DNA from: a virus
Direction: 5' to 3' (one strand)
Length of the DNA stretch: 64,000 nt
Virus record (IMG/VR): IMGVR_UViG_3300045988_098116
Coordinates: 1-64,000 of that record
The notes under the pieces are model-generated. The model did not search any database. It saw only the letters and a program-made list of their open reading frames with translations, and was not told the DNA's origin. Each line of letters opens with the position of its first letter. Position 1 is the stretch's first letter. Below, one piece after another: positions 24,511 through 32,156 of this stretch. Made by a program: the position numbers and the translations under genes.

Positions 24511-24836
24511 TAGGCGTGACCTCTTGCCTCGCAGCCGCACGGAGCGTAAGCCTGCGGAAGTGGTCTTTCCTGTGCGCTGTACGAAAGCGGCAGGACGAAG
24601 TAATTTATGTATTGGCTGGCACCGGCTTTGTAAAGATGAACGGATGCGACCGACGTACCGGCGCAGGGCTGAAAAGTTCCGTGGTTGGTTCGGGTGCCGG
24701 CGTGTGCGGCGAAAATCCGAGGCGATAACCTATAGATGTGGAAGCGGCGTGGTGGCGGCTGTCTTTGGACAAGGCCGCCGTGTAGGTCAGTAGCCATCCG
24801 CACCGGCACCCCGCCAACTGTGTCCCCGCAAAATTT

Positions 24837-24913
24837 GCAGCGTTAGTGTTCAACGGTCAGCACACCAGCCTTCCAAGCTGGGAGTGGCGGTTCGAATCCG
24901 CTACGCTGCTCCA
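24837..24913 (+). tRNA. tRNA-Gly(TCC): tRNA-Gly (anticodon TCC), CCA encoded
   Basis: GCAGCGT/ACGCTGC acceptor, CCAGC-CTTCCAA-GCTGG anticodon arm, GGCGG-TTCGAAT-CCGCT T arm. Confidence 0.8.
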
Positions 24914-25083
24914 TGCCCGCCTGATGGATGACTTCCCCCGTCAGGAATGAAACCTCCGCATCTGGCAGCGGTGTCGCCGGGTCGAACCAGCCGGTAGCAT
25001 GATTTGGGCGTGACAGCGAACGAAGGACGCCCCACCCCATCGGGGAGGCGGGCATCCCCCAGCCCGTCCTCCCCACTCTCTAC

Positions 25084-25231
25084 GCAGGAGCGCCGTTGGG
25101 GCGCTTGCACGGCACACACAGAGATCTCCTTTCTGCTGCTGTTGTTCGGACACATCAACACCTCCAATGTTCATGTTCTATTTTCCGTGCGCCGGCAAGC
25201 CATGCGGGTTCGACTCCCGCCTCCTGCTCCA
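25084..25231 (+). ncRNA. tRNA-like element (148 nt) with a 72-nt insertion in place of the anticodon loop
   Basis: GCAGGAG/CTCCTGC acceptor plus TCCA and GCGGG-TTCGACT-CCCGC T arm. The GCACGG (25107-12) / CCGTGC (25185-90) helix encloses a lower-GC insert. The D region is a CGCC-GTTGG-GGCG hairpin without U8/A14. Confidence 0.5.
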
Positions 25232-25404
25232 TCGGACGCGATAGGCGTCCGCGGTCCAGATAGGACCTCCTTTATAAATGCTGCGGCTGTAAGAAGCAGC
25301 ACCGGGTTTTGTTCATTTTCCCCGGCTCCTGTTGGAATACAGGCAGGCCAAGCGATTTCTCCTTCCGGGCGGCGCGGTCTGGGCAGCCCGCCGCCCAACC
25401 CCCT

Positions 25405-25480
25405 GGGGGATTAGCTCAATCGGCAGAGCAGGCCGCTCATAACGGCCCGGTTCCGGGTTCAAGTCCCCGATCCCCCACCA
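25405..25480 (+). tRNA. tRNA-Met(CAT): tRNA with CAT anticodon (Met, or Ile2 if lysidinylated), CCA encoded
   Basis: GGGGGAT/ATCCCCC acceptor, GCTC/GAGC D stem, GGCCG-CTCATAA-CGGCC anticodon arm, T arm with one mismatch. Confidence 0.8.
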
Positions 25481-25538
25481 GCCGCAAGGCGATAAAACGT
25501 TTCAGTCTGAAATCTACAACAGAAAGGAGGCACATTCC

Positions 25539-25814
25539 ATGACCAAGAGCGAGTTTATTTCTACTCTGGCAGCAGCGACCGACATGAAGAAGTCCGACGT
25601 CGAGCGCGTGATCGCCGCCGCTGCCAACACCCTTACCGGCGTCATGCGCTCCGGCGACAGCGTGAATATCTCCGGCTTCGGCATCTTCACCAGCAAAGTC
25701 CGCGACGCGCACCCCGGTAAGAACCCCGCTACCGGCGAGGCCATCACCGTCCCCGCTAAGCGCGTGGCCATCTTCAAGCCCGCAAAACAGCTCAAGGATG
25801 CCGTCAACAGCTGA
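25539..25814 (+). CDS. hup: HU/IHF-family histone-like DNA-binding protein
   Basis: MTKSEFISTLA...GDSVNISGFGIFTSKVRDAHPGKNPATGEAITVPAKRVAIFKPAKQLKDAVN. GAAAGGAGG RBS. Confidence 0.9.
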   Translation: MTKSEFISTLAAATDMKKSDVERVIAAAANTLTGVMRSGDSVNISGFGIFTSKVRDAHPGKNPATGEAITVPAKRVAIFKPAKQLKDAVNS

Positions 25815-25854
25815 CGGCGCAGGGCCGTACCCACACAAAATATCCCACATTACG

Positions 25855-25889
25855 AGCCGGACGGCACACCGCCCTCCGGCTTGTTTTGT
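25855..25889 (+). terminator. Rho-independent terminator after hup
   Basis: AGCCGGA-loop-TCCGGCT followed by TGTTTTGT. Confidence 0.6.
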
Positions 25890-25895
25890 AAACTA

Positions 25896-25919
25896 TATTT
25901 CCGTTGCGTTTTGAATATT
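25896..25919 (+). repeat. 24-nt element TATTTCCGTTGCGTTTTGAATATT (copy 1), 3 nt upstream of a TATAAT
   Basis: Identical 24-mer at 49101-49124. TATAAT at 25923-25928. Confidence 0.7.
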
Positions 25920-25959
25920 TCCTATAATCCACACACAAACCACGAAAGGAGTAATTCCC

Positions 25960-27015
25960 ATGATCTACTTCGACAACGCCGCCACCACACCGGTGCTTCC
26001 CTGCGCGTGGGAGGCCATGCAAGCCGCGCCGGAGGCAAACCCATCCAGCAGCCACGCCGCAGGGCGTGAGGCAAAAGCCGCGCTGGAAAACGCCCGCGCC
26101 GCCATCGCCCGGTGCCTCAACTGTGCTCCCTGCGAGGTCTACTTTACCTCCGGCGCCACGGAAAGCTGCAACTGGATGGTCAAATGTCTCCGCATAGAGA
26201 CAGACAGCATCATCTACAACGACACCGTTCACCACGCCGTCAGCGGGGGCATCCACGCCTATTCTTCCCCCAATGCGCCCCGCGGAAAGCCCTCCGCCGT
26301 CCTTTCTCTCGTCAACAATGAAACCGGGCAGATATGCGATGTGGACGCTTTCTGCCGCAAAAACCGTCCGCACCGCATCGGCATAGACGCCACCGCCGCC
26401 GTAGGCCACATCCCCGTGGACTTCAAGGCGCTGGGTGCGGACTACATGGCTTTCGGCGGCCACAAGTTCGGTTCCCTCAAGGGCATAGGCGCGTTGATTG
26501 TCAAGGAGGGGTGTCCCATCGCCCCCATGATCTTCGGCGGCGCACAGGAGCGCGGTATGCGCGGCGGCACGGTCTCCGTCCCCCTTGTCAGCTCTATGGC
26601 CGCCGCCCTCACCTGGCGCTCCCTCCACATGGAGGAAAACGAGAAAGCTATCCGCGCCGTCGCTCAAGAGCTTATCATTTCCCTTGGTTGCCACCGTGTG
26701 GATTTCGACATCAATCTGCCCGGCGGCAAAAGCAGCAAGGATTGCGCTCCCCACATCCTCTCCATCCGTTTTCCCGGCGTCTACGGCGCTGCCCTCGCCG
26801 CCGCCCTCAGCGTAAACGGCGTCATGGTGTCTACCGGCTCCGCCTGTTCCTCCGGCGACAACGCCGCCTCCGCCAACCTCATGGCCAGCGGCCTTACCGA
26901 GCAGGAGGCACTGGAGACCATCCGCTTCTCCTTCGACTGGTACAACACCACCGCCGAGGCATCCGAGGCCGCCGGCATCATCGCCGATATTGTCCCCACA
27001 CTCCGTCGCGGCTAA
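25960..27015 (+). CDS. cysteine desulfurase (NifS/IscS-like, aminotransferase class V)
   Basis: MIYFDNAATTP, GGHKFGSLKGIG (PLP lysine), SACSSG (catalytic Cys). GAAAGGAG RBS. Confidence 0.85.
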   Translation: MIYFDNAATTPVLPCAWEAMQAAPEANPSSSHAAGREAKAALENARAAIARCLNCAPCEVYFTSGATESCNWMVKCLRIETDSIIYNDTVHHAVSGGIHAYSSPNAPRGKPSAVLSLVNNETGQICDVDAFCRKNRPHRIGIDATAAVGHIPVDFKALGADYMAFGGHKFGSLKGIGALIVKEGCPIAPMIFGGAQERGMRGGTVSVPLVSSMAAALTWRSLHMEENEKAIRAVAQELIISLGCHRVDFDINLPGGKSSKDCAPHILSIRFPGVYGAALAAALSVNGVMVSTGSACSSGDNAASANLMASGLTEQEALETIRFSFDWYNTTAEASEAAGIIADIVPTLRRG

Positions 27016-27039
27016 ATTTTGAAAATTTTTTCAAATCCC

Positions 27040-27069
27040 TTGCACAAAATCCGCATTTGCCGGTAGACT
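27040..27069 (+). promoter_or_regulatory. Promoter-like TTGCAC-N18-TAGACT preceded by TCCC and an A/T inverted repeat
   Basis: TCCCTTGCAC resembles the box. Shares TGCCGGTAGACTATA with 13579-13593. Confidence 0.45.
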
Positions 27070-27104
27070 ATACTATGACAAAATTCTGTAAGGAGGACAC
27101 CACC

Positions 27105-27389
27105 ATGTCTATCAGCCCTGAAAAACTCAAGCAGTACATCTCCCTCAAGGAAGCGGCCCTCACCCTGCGCCCCGACTTCGCCGTGGACTTCAACGATCCC
27201 AAACCCGAAAGCGAAGCCGCCACAGTCTCCGTTGTGCTCCATACGCCGTTCATCGGTCTGGACAGGACAAAAACCGCCATCGCTTCCCTGTTCACATTCT
27301 GCGACACGTTCATTGTCGCCGACAGCGATGTGATCCACAATATCGTCCGCTTCACCTTTGGCGTGGACGGTATGCAGAAGGAGGAATGA
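27105..27389 (+). CDS. hypothetical protein (94 aa)
   Basis: TAAGGAGGA RBS. In frame with the tail of track ORF 26334-27389. Confidence 0.6.
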   Translation: MSISPEKLKQYISLKEAALTLRPDFAVDFNDPKPESEAATVSVVLHTPFIGLDRTKTAIASLFTFCDTFIVADSDVIHNIVRFTFGVDGMQKEE

Positions 27390-27393
27390 CCCC

Positions 27394-27567
27394 ATGCTCG
27401 TCACCAACGTGATAAAGCGCGAATACCCCTTCACCGTCCGCCGCAAGCGGGACGGCGAGATTATGACCATGCTCATCACCGCCGAAAGTGAGTCCGCCGC
27501 CCGTCTGCTGCTTCCCGACACCGTGGAGCTGGTGGGACCACGCGAACCCCACAGGAAGGAGGAATGA
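27394..27567 (+). CDS. small hypothetical protein (57 aa)
   Basis: GGAGGAA RBS. Confidence 0.5.
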   Translation: MLVTNVIKREYPFTVRRKRDGEIMTMLITAESESAARLLLPDTVELVGPREPHRKEE

Positions 27568-27574
27568 CCCCATT

Positions 27575-28576
27575 ATGCCAAGACCCGCCCCTCAAATCAT
27601 TGGGAAAAAGTTTGGACACCTTACCGTCGTCAAAAAAGCCGAAGAAAAAGGCCGTACAAGATACCTTTGCCAGTGCGATTGTGGCAACAGCGTCGAGGTC
27701 TTTGCATCGAGCATTATAAGTGGTCACACGAAAAGCTGTGGCTGTATAAAGCGCGATCAGCCTGCGCATAACTTCTTCGATATTACCGGGATGAAGTTCG
27801 GGCACCTCCATGTGCAAGGTGTCGACCACAAATTTAACGGGAGGGTTTATTATAAATGTCTGTGCGACTGTGGGAAAGAAATCGTTGTTCTCGGAAACTC
27901 TTTGAAGCGTGGTGCTACACACAGTTGTGGATGCGCACGATCTCAGGCGATTTCAAAAAAAATACGCACACACGGCGAGTCCTCCACACGGTTATTCCGG
28001 GTTTGGACCGGCATGAAAAACCGATGCTATAACAAAAACGAGCCGTCCTACCAGAATTATGGCGCTCGCGGAATCGGTGTATGCTCGGAATGGTTAAACA
28101 GCTATGAAGCGTTCCGAGACTGGGCTTTAGCAAACGGCTACGACGAAAATGCGCCCTACGGGGAATGTACGCTTGACCGAATTGACACAAACGGAGATTA
28201 CTCTCCGGGGAATTGCCGTTGGGCAGATCTTACAGTTCAGGCCAACAATAAGACTACCAGCCACTTTATTGACTTTCGCGGTGAGCGCCATACCATAGCA
28301 GAGTGGAGCAAAATTTTGGGCATCCCAAAGCATATTATAAACACTGGGCTCCGTGCCGGTAAGCCTTTTTCGGAAATCATTGAGCTACCACATATTAGGA
28401 GAACCTATATAACACTTGGTGGAAAGACTCTCTCTATTTCGGCATGGGAACGCGAAATGAATCTTGCGCAAAAAACTATTTCGCGGCGATTAAAGCAAGG
28501 GTGGAGCGCCGAGGATGCAATATTAACACCCTCAGCCAAAAAGAAAAAGGAGTGTGCAAAAAATGGGCAGAAGTAG
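27575..28576 (+). CDS. DNA-binding protein with duplicated CxCxCG zinc modules and an AP2/HNH-associated-like domain
   Basis: Two FGHL..V...CxCDCG...SCGC repeats, then LDRIDTNGDYSPGNCRWA. AGGAGGAA RBS. Visibly lower GC than its neighbours. Confidence 0.6.
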   Translation: MPRPAPQIIGKKFGHLTVVKKAEEKGRTRYLCQCDCGNSVEVFASSIISGHTKSCGCIKRDQPAHNFFDITGMKFGHLHVQGVDHKFNGRVYYKCLCDCGKEIVVLGNSLKRGATHSCGCARSQAISKKIRTHGESSTRLFRVWTGMKNRCYNKNEPSYQNYGARGIGVCSEWLNSYEAFRDWALANGYDENAPYGECTLDRIDTNGDYSPGNCRWADLTVQANNKTTSHFIDFRGERHTIAEWSKILGIPKHIINTGLRAGKPFSEIIELPHIRRTYITLGGKTLSISAWEREMNLAQKTISRRLKQGWSAEDAILTPSAKKKKECAKNGQK

Positions 28577-29606
28577 CCGTGCAGAAATGAAATTGTGCCA
28601 AGCAACAGATTCCTACATCAAAAACTGCGCCGCCACCGGCGCTTCTCCCCGCACCGTCGAGGCGTACACCGCCACGCTGGAGAACTTCGTCAACTTCTTC
28701 ATCGAGTCCAAAGAGAATTACGCCGACCCCTCCTACGCCACCATCCTTTTGTGGCGCGACAACCTGATCGACAGCGGCTGCAGCAACTACACCGTCGCCC
28801 TCTACGTCAACCGGCTCCGCACCTTTTTCGACTACGCCAGCGACCCCGAGTGCGGCGGCTGGTACGCCAACAATCCTGTCTCCCGTCGCCTGACGCCCGA
28901 CACCCGCAAGACCGCCCGTCGTCCCTACGATGTGCTTCTCACCGACCAGCAGGTGATGAAGCTTTGGCGCAACGACAAGCCCGCCACCGCCAAGGCGAAA
29001 ACATGGCCCCGGAATTACGCCATCGTCATCATGCTTCTAACCACCGAGCTCCGCAACGCCGAGCTTCTGGACCTCACCCCGGCGGATCTCCACTGGGAGG
29101 ACGGCGAACTCTCCGTCGAGAGCGGCAAGGGCAGTAAGTTCCGCCGCATCGAATTTCCCGACATCGCCCAGTCCGCCGTCCGTATCTATCTGGCCAGCGG
29201 CATCCGCCCGAAGGATCTTCCCGACACAGCGCCCCTGTTCGGCAATACCGCGCCAAAGGGTTCCTTCGGTCCCCGCACCGGCGATGAGAACCGCGAGTGG
29301 CAGCGCGGCTCTCGTCAGTGGCTCTCCACCCTTGTGGAATCCCACGTCAGGGCAGTCACCGGCGTTCCCGACATCCGCAGCCACGACCTGCGCCATGTAG
29401 GCGCCCGCATCGACCTCAACGCCGGTATGAAGCAGGAGGAGCTTCAGTCCAAGCTGGGTCACACCAATCCCAACGTTACCCAGCGCTATTCAGGCCGTCT
29501 GCTTTCCCGCACCGGCAAGCGCTCCGCCGCCCTCGTTCTCGAAGCCCGTGAGCGTCAGGCGGACATCAATGCCAACATTTTGGCCGGGAGGGTACAAAAT
29601 GCGTAA
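28563..29606 (+). CDS. int: tyrosine recombinase / phage integrase
   Basis: C-terminal HDLRHVGAR...LGHTNPNVTQRY, and an N-terminal SAM-like core-binding domain (TVEAYTATLENF). ATG at 28563 with AAGGAG RBS; the track start at 28554 is GTG. Confidence 0.85.
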   Translation: MGRSSRAEMKLCQATDSYIKNCAATGASPRTVEAYTATLENFVNFFIESKENYADPSYATILLWRDNLIDSGCSNYTVALYVNRLRTFFDYASDPECGGWYANNPVSRRLTPDTRKTARRPYDVLLTDQQVMKLWRNDKPATAKAKTWPRNYAIVIMLLTTELRNAELLDLTPADLHWEDGELSVESGKGSKFRRIEFPDIAQSAVRIYLASGIRPKDLPDTAPLFGNTAPKGSFGPRTGDENREWQRGSRQWLSTLVESHVRAVTGVPDIRSHDLRHVGARIDLNAGMKQEELQSKLGHTNPNVTQRYSGRLLSRTGKRSAALVLEARERQADINANILAGRVQNA

Positions 29607-29706
29607 AGATTTGTCACCCGCCATTGACGCGCCCGCCCGTTTGTGCTACAGTAAATGTGATGCAGCCCTCCCTTTACACACAGGTTGCGTCTCCCACTTT
29701 TCAAGC

Positions 29707-29765
29707 CCTCCCGCCGCCGAGTGTTACCCCCCTTCACTCCCGGCGGGAGGCATCTTTCTATTTCG
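29707..29765 (+). terminator. 10-bp-stem hairpin plus T-rich tail downstream of int
   Basis: CCTCCCGCCG-N24-CGGCGGGAGG followed by catctttctatttcg. Confidence 0.4.
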
Positions 29766-29770
29766 CCCGT

Positions 29771-29797
29771 AAACGCCCTCTGCGGCGTTTCTTTTTT
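29771..29797 (+). terminator. Rho-independent terminator
   Basis: AAACGCC-CTCTGC-GGCGTTT followed by CTTTTTT. Confidence 0.6.
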
Positions 29798-29828
29798 ACC
29801 CGTCAATCTACCCTCCTGTTAAAGTAGA

Positions 29829-29875
29829 AAGCCCCCTGTGACACTCTGTGCGCCGCAGGGGGCTTATTTTTATTT
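29829..29875. terminator. Bidirectional hairpin between the convergent int and endolysin genes
   Basis: AAGCCCCCTG-N17-CAGGGGGCTT with a T-run on the plus side. Confidence 0.55.
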
Positions 29876-29915
29876 CTCCGGTCGTTTTTGTCCTATCGCC
29901 TTATGCGCTCCGCGG

Positions 29916-31190
29916 TCACTTCACGATCTCCCACGTGCCGCTTTTCCCGTCCGCGCTCCGCGTCACCTTCACGGTGTACGTTTCGGTCACGGCCGGCTGT
30001 TCCGGTGTCTCCGGCTGTTCCGGCTCCTGCGGCTTTTCCGGCTCCACATATTCCAGCCCGCAGAACTCGCACAGCGCCTTGCAGTCCGCCACAGCGCAAT
30101 CCTCCATGTGCTCGTGGAACCACGCCGCGTCCTCCGGGTTGTCGTGGTACACGTGCTCCTGGTACACGGCGTAAGCGTTGGTGTCGTCCAGCTCGTGCAG
30201 GTCGCTCCGCGTCGCGGTCCGGCAGCCGTGGGGGTAGATGGCCTTGCGGTACTTCACCATCAGCTCTGCCAGCTTCTTCCCGTTGGCGCTGCTGGGGTGG
30301 TACATGGACAAAAATCCCTTTACCGTGCCGTGCCCGGTGGGGCCGTTGGTGCTGCCGTTGGTGTGGGACACATAGTGCACCTTTGCGCCCCACTCGTTGC
30401 TCTCCTTGATGGCGCGGTACATATAGTCCGGGCCGTACTCGTCGCTCATGGGCGTCCGGCGGGGACCGCGCATGATGTCAAAGCCGCACCGCTCCAGCAT
30501 GGGCTGCAAAATATCCAGAAACTCATTGTTTTCGAGAGTTTCAAAACATTGCTGGCCATCGGGACGCTTATAGCAGCACTGGTTGGCCTTGTGGTACGCC
30601 GGGGACAGATAGATCTTCGGCTTCTCCGCCGGCGCGTCCTCGTCGCTCTCCTGATAATCCGGGTAGCCGAAGGTGTACGAGGACTTCACGCTGGCGTACT
30701 CCTTCTCGTACACGCCGCCGCCGTTGACCACCACGCCGCTCTGCGGGCTGGTGTTGCCCTCTATGGTGCGGAAGCCCTTGCCCACGATCTCCGTCACAAT
30801 GCCCGTGTGATCGTCGCCGAAGAATACCTGTGCGCCCACCTTCGGCGTAGTGCCCAGCTGCCCCGCAGCCTTGAAGTACCGCTTCAGGTAGTACACGCCC
30901 GCGCCCAGACTGTCATCCGGCAGGTTCTGCAGCCGCTTCGCCTCTGCTACGCCGAACGCCTGCACGTTCACCCACGCCACGAACGTGGTGCACCACGGGT
31001 ATCCCTGCTTTTTCCCGTTGTAGAAATGGGGGATGGCGTCAATGTCCCGTGCGTACTTCGTGAAGTTCTTGTCCCCTGCGTTGGCGGTCTTGCTGTCGAG
31101 ATAGTGTGTCTCCGGCGTGTCGTTGGAAGCCTTCTCAAGATAGCCCAGCTCCTCCCGGGCTATCTTGATGACCTTACTGGCGCCGTTCAT
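29916..31190 (-). CDS. endolysin: CHAP peptidase plus N-acetylmuramoyl-L-alanine amidase, with a C-terminal extension
   Basis: CHAP-like GYPWCTTFVAW...GDDHTGIV...IEGNT. Amidase-like YLSPAYH...HYVSHTNG...VYQEHVYHDN. Overlap-coupled to the holin. Confidence 0.85.
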   Translation of the reverse strand: MNGASKVIKIAREELGYLEKASNDTPETHYLDSKTANAGDKNFTKYARDIDAIPHFYNGKKQGYPWCTTFVAWVNVQAFGVAEAKRLQNLPDDSLGAGVYYLKRYFKAAGQLGTTPKVGAQVFFGDDHTGIVTEIVGKGFRTIEGNTSPQSGVVVNGGGVYEKEYASVKSSYTFGYPDYQESDEDAPAEKPKIYLSPAYHKANQCCYKRPDGQQCFETLENNEFLDILQPMLERCGFDIMRGPRRTPMSDEYGPDYMYRAIKESNEWGAKVHYVSHTNGSTNGPTGHGTVKGFLSMYHPSSANGKKLAELMVKYRKAIYPHGCRTATRSDLHELDDTNAYAVYQEHVYHDNPEDAAWFHEHMEDCAVADCKALCEFCGLEYVEPEKPQEPEQPETPEQPAVTETYTVKVTRSADGKSGTWEIVK

Positions 31191-31408
31191 GCTGCTTCCC
31201 CCAGGTCCTTCTCCTTCTTATAGCTGGCGCTGGAAATGCCCAGCACAGCACCGAGGAAAACGGTGATGCAGGAGATGGTGCTCACGATCTGCTCCGCATA
31301 GGGCCAGCCCCAGATACCGGCCAGACCGGAGTACAGCGCCGCAATAGCGGGCAGCACGATGATAACGCACCACTTGATGATGTCATACATACGATTGCTC
31401 AGCTTCAT
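31187..31408 (-). CDS. holin
   Basis: 73 aa, two hydrophobic helices and a charged C-terminus, immediately upstream of the endolysin. Confidence 0.75.
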   Translation of the reverse strand: MKLSNRMYDIIKWCVIIVLPAIAALYSGLAGIWGWPYAEQIVSTISCITVFLGAVLGISSASYKKEKDLGEAA

Positions 31409-31427
31409 AGTTACTTCCTTTCCGGCT

Positions 31428-31736
31428 TTACGCCTCTCGCTTGATGGGCAGCTTCCTTACTTCCTCCATGACCCGTTTTGCACTGCCGTTGCCGCCCATC
31501 TTTTCATACGGCTGGTACAGATAGTCATTGAGGTTTTCGTACTCATCCTGCGTGACGTACCCTCTCGTCACGTACACCATGCCAAGATGGATGATGCGGT
31601 CATGCGCCAGACCCACCAGCATCTTCCGCTCCGCGTTGTTCTTGTCCGCACGCTTCGATACCAGTGCCCACAAACCGCTGCTTGTCAGCACCGCTACCGC
31701 CAGCGGTACGGCGATCTGCTGTACCCACGGTTCCAT
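31428..31736 (-). CDS. membrane-anchored hypothetical protein (lysis-cassette associated)
   Basis: N-terminal TM IAVPLAVAVLTSSGLWALV. Position next to the holin. Confidence 0.6.
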   Translation of the reverse strand: MEPWVQQIAVPLAVAVLTSSGLWALVSKRADKNNAERKMLVGLAHDRIIHLGMVYVTRGYVTQDEYENLNDYLYQPYEKMGGNGSAKRVMEEVRKLPIKREA

Positions 31737-31838
31737 TCGCCGCGTTCTCCTCTCAAATTATTTTTGCACCCTCGACACCCTTCGACCGTTTCTGACACGC
31801 CACCTGTGCTATCCTGCTTGCAGAAAGGAGGTGTTCCC

Positions 31839-31964
31839 ATGCCCGAGTATTTCACCCTGTTCAACGCCGTCACCGACGCCATTGCCCAGCTTGAAAAGGC
31901 CGTTGCCGCACTTAAACAGGCACAGATCCGTGCCGAGGAAGCCTACATCCAGCGGGGGGAGTAA
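31839..31964 (+). CDS. small plus-strand ORF (41 aa, MPEYFTLFNAVTDAIAQLEKAV...)
   Basis: Strong GAAAGGAGGTG RBS 6 nt upstream. Sits alone on the opposite strand inside the late region. Confidence 0.45.
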   Translation: MPEYFTLFNAVTDAIAQLEKAVAALKQAQIRAEEAYIQRGE

Positions 31965-31976
31965 TCTCCCCGCCCT

Positions 31977-32132
31977 TTATTCTGCGTACACGCTCTCGAT
32001 CAGCGCACACAGGTCCGTGTACTGCTCGTCCGTGATGCGCCCCACGGCGAAAAATACGTCGCACTTCTGCTGCGCCTCCTCCCGGGTCTTGTAGAACCGC
32101 TTGTTGATGAGCTTCGTCATAATGTTGTACAT
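31977..32132 (-). CDS. XkdX-like small tail-fibre-associated protein (51 aa)
   Basis: Hand-translated MYNIMTKLINKRFYKTREEAQQKCDVFFAVGRITDEQYTDL... with AAGGAG RBS. Pattern resembles the XkdX family. Confidence 0.5.
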   Translation of the reverse strand: MYNIMTKLINKRFYKTREEAQQKCDVFFAVGRITDEQYTDLCALIESVYAE

Positions 32133-32156
32133 AGTCGTTCTCCTTTCAGTTTGTCG

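Noticed and set aside
24921-24952. Hammerhead-like string CTGATGG...GAAA just after tRNA-Gly.
   Set aside because: The core reads CTGATGG, not CUGANGA. I could not draw a convincing stem II, a stem III or a cleavage-site triplet.
24901-25167. Minus-strand ORF (about 84 aa from the ATG preceded by GGAGGTG at about 25160) across the RNA locus.
   Set aside because: It runs antisense through the tRNA-like element and into the 3' end of tRNA-Gly, and its Gly/Arg/Pro-rich sequence is implausible as a protein. The RBS-like string is probably fortuitous. It should still be checked if ribosome profiling data exist.
25084-25231. tmRNA interpretation of the 148-nt tRNA-like element.
   Set aside because: It is far shorter than a tmRNA, acceptor position 3:70 is A:T rather than G:U, and none of the three plus-strand frames has a stop inside the insert, so no stop-terminated tag reading frame exists.
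29707-29719. 10 of 11 match (CTCCCGCCGCC versus CTCCCGCTGCC) between the int-proximal hairpin and the tRNA fragment at 96-120, considered as a possible att core.
   Set aside because: The flanks do not align, the two copies have opposite orientation relative to each other, and the string is part of a GC-rich hairpin stem. It is most likely chance.
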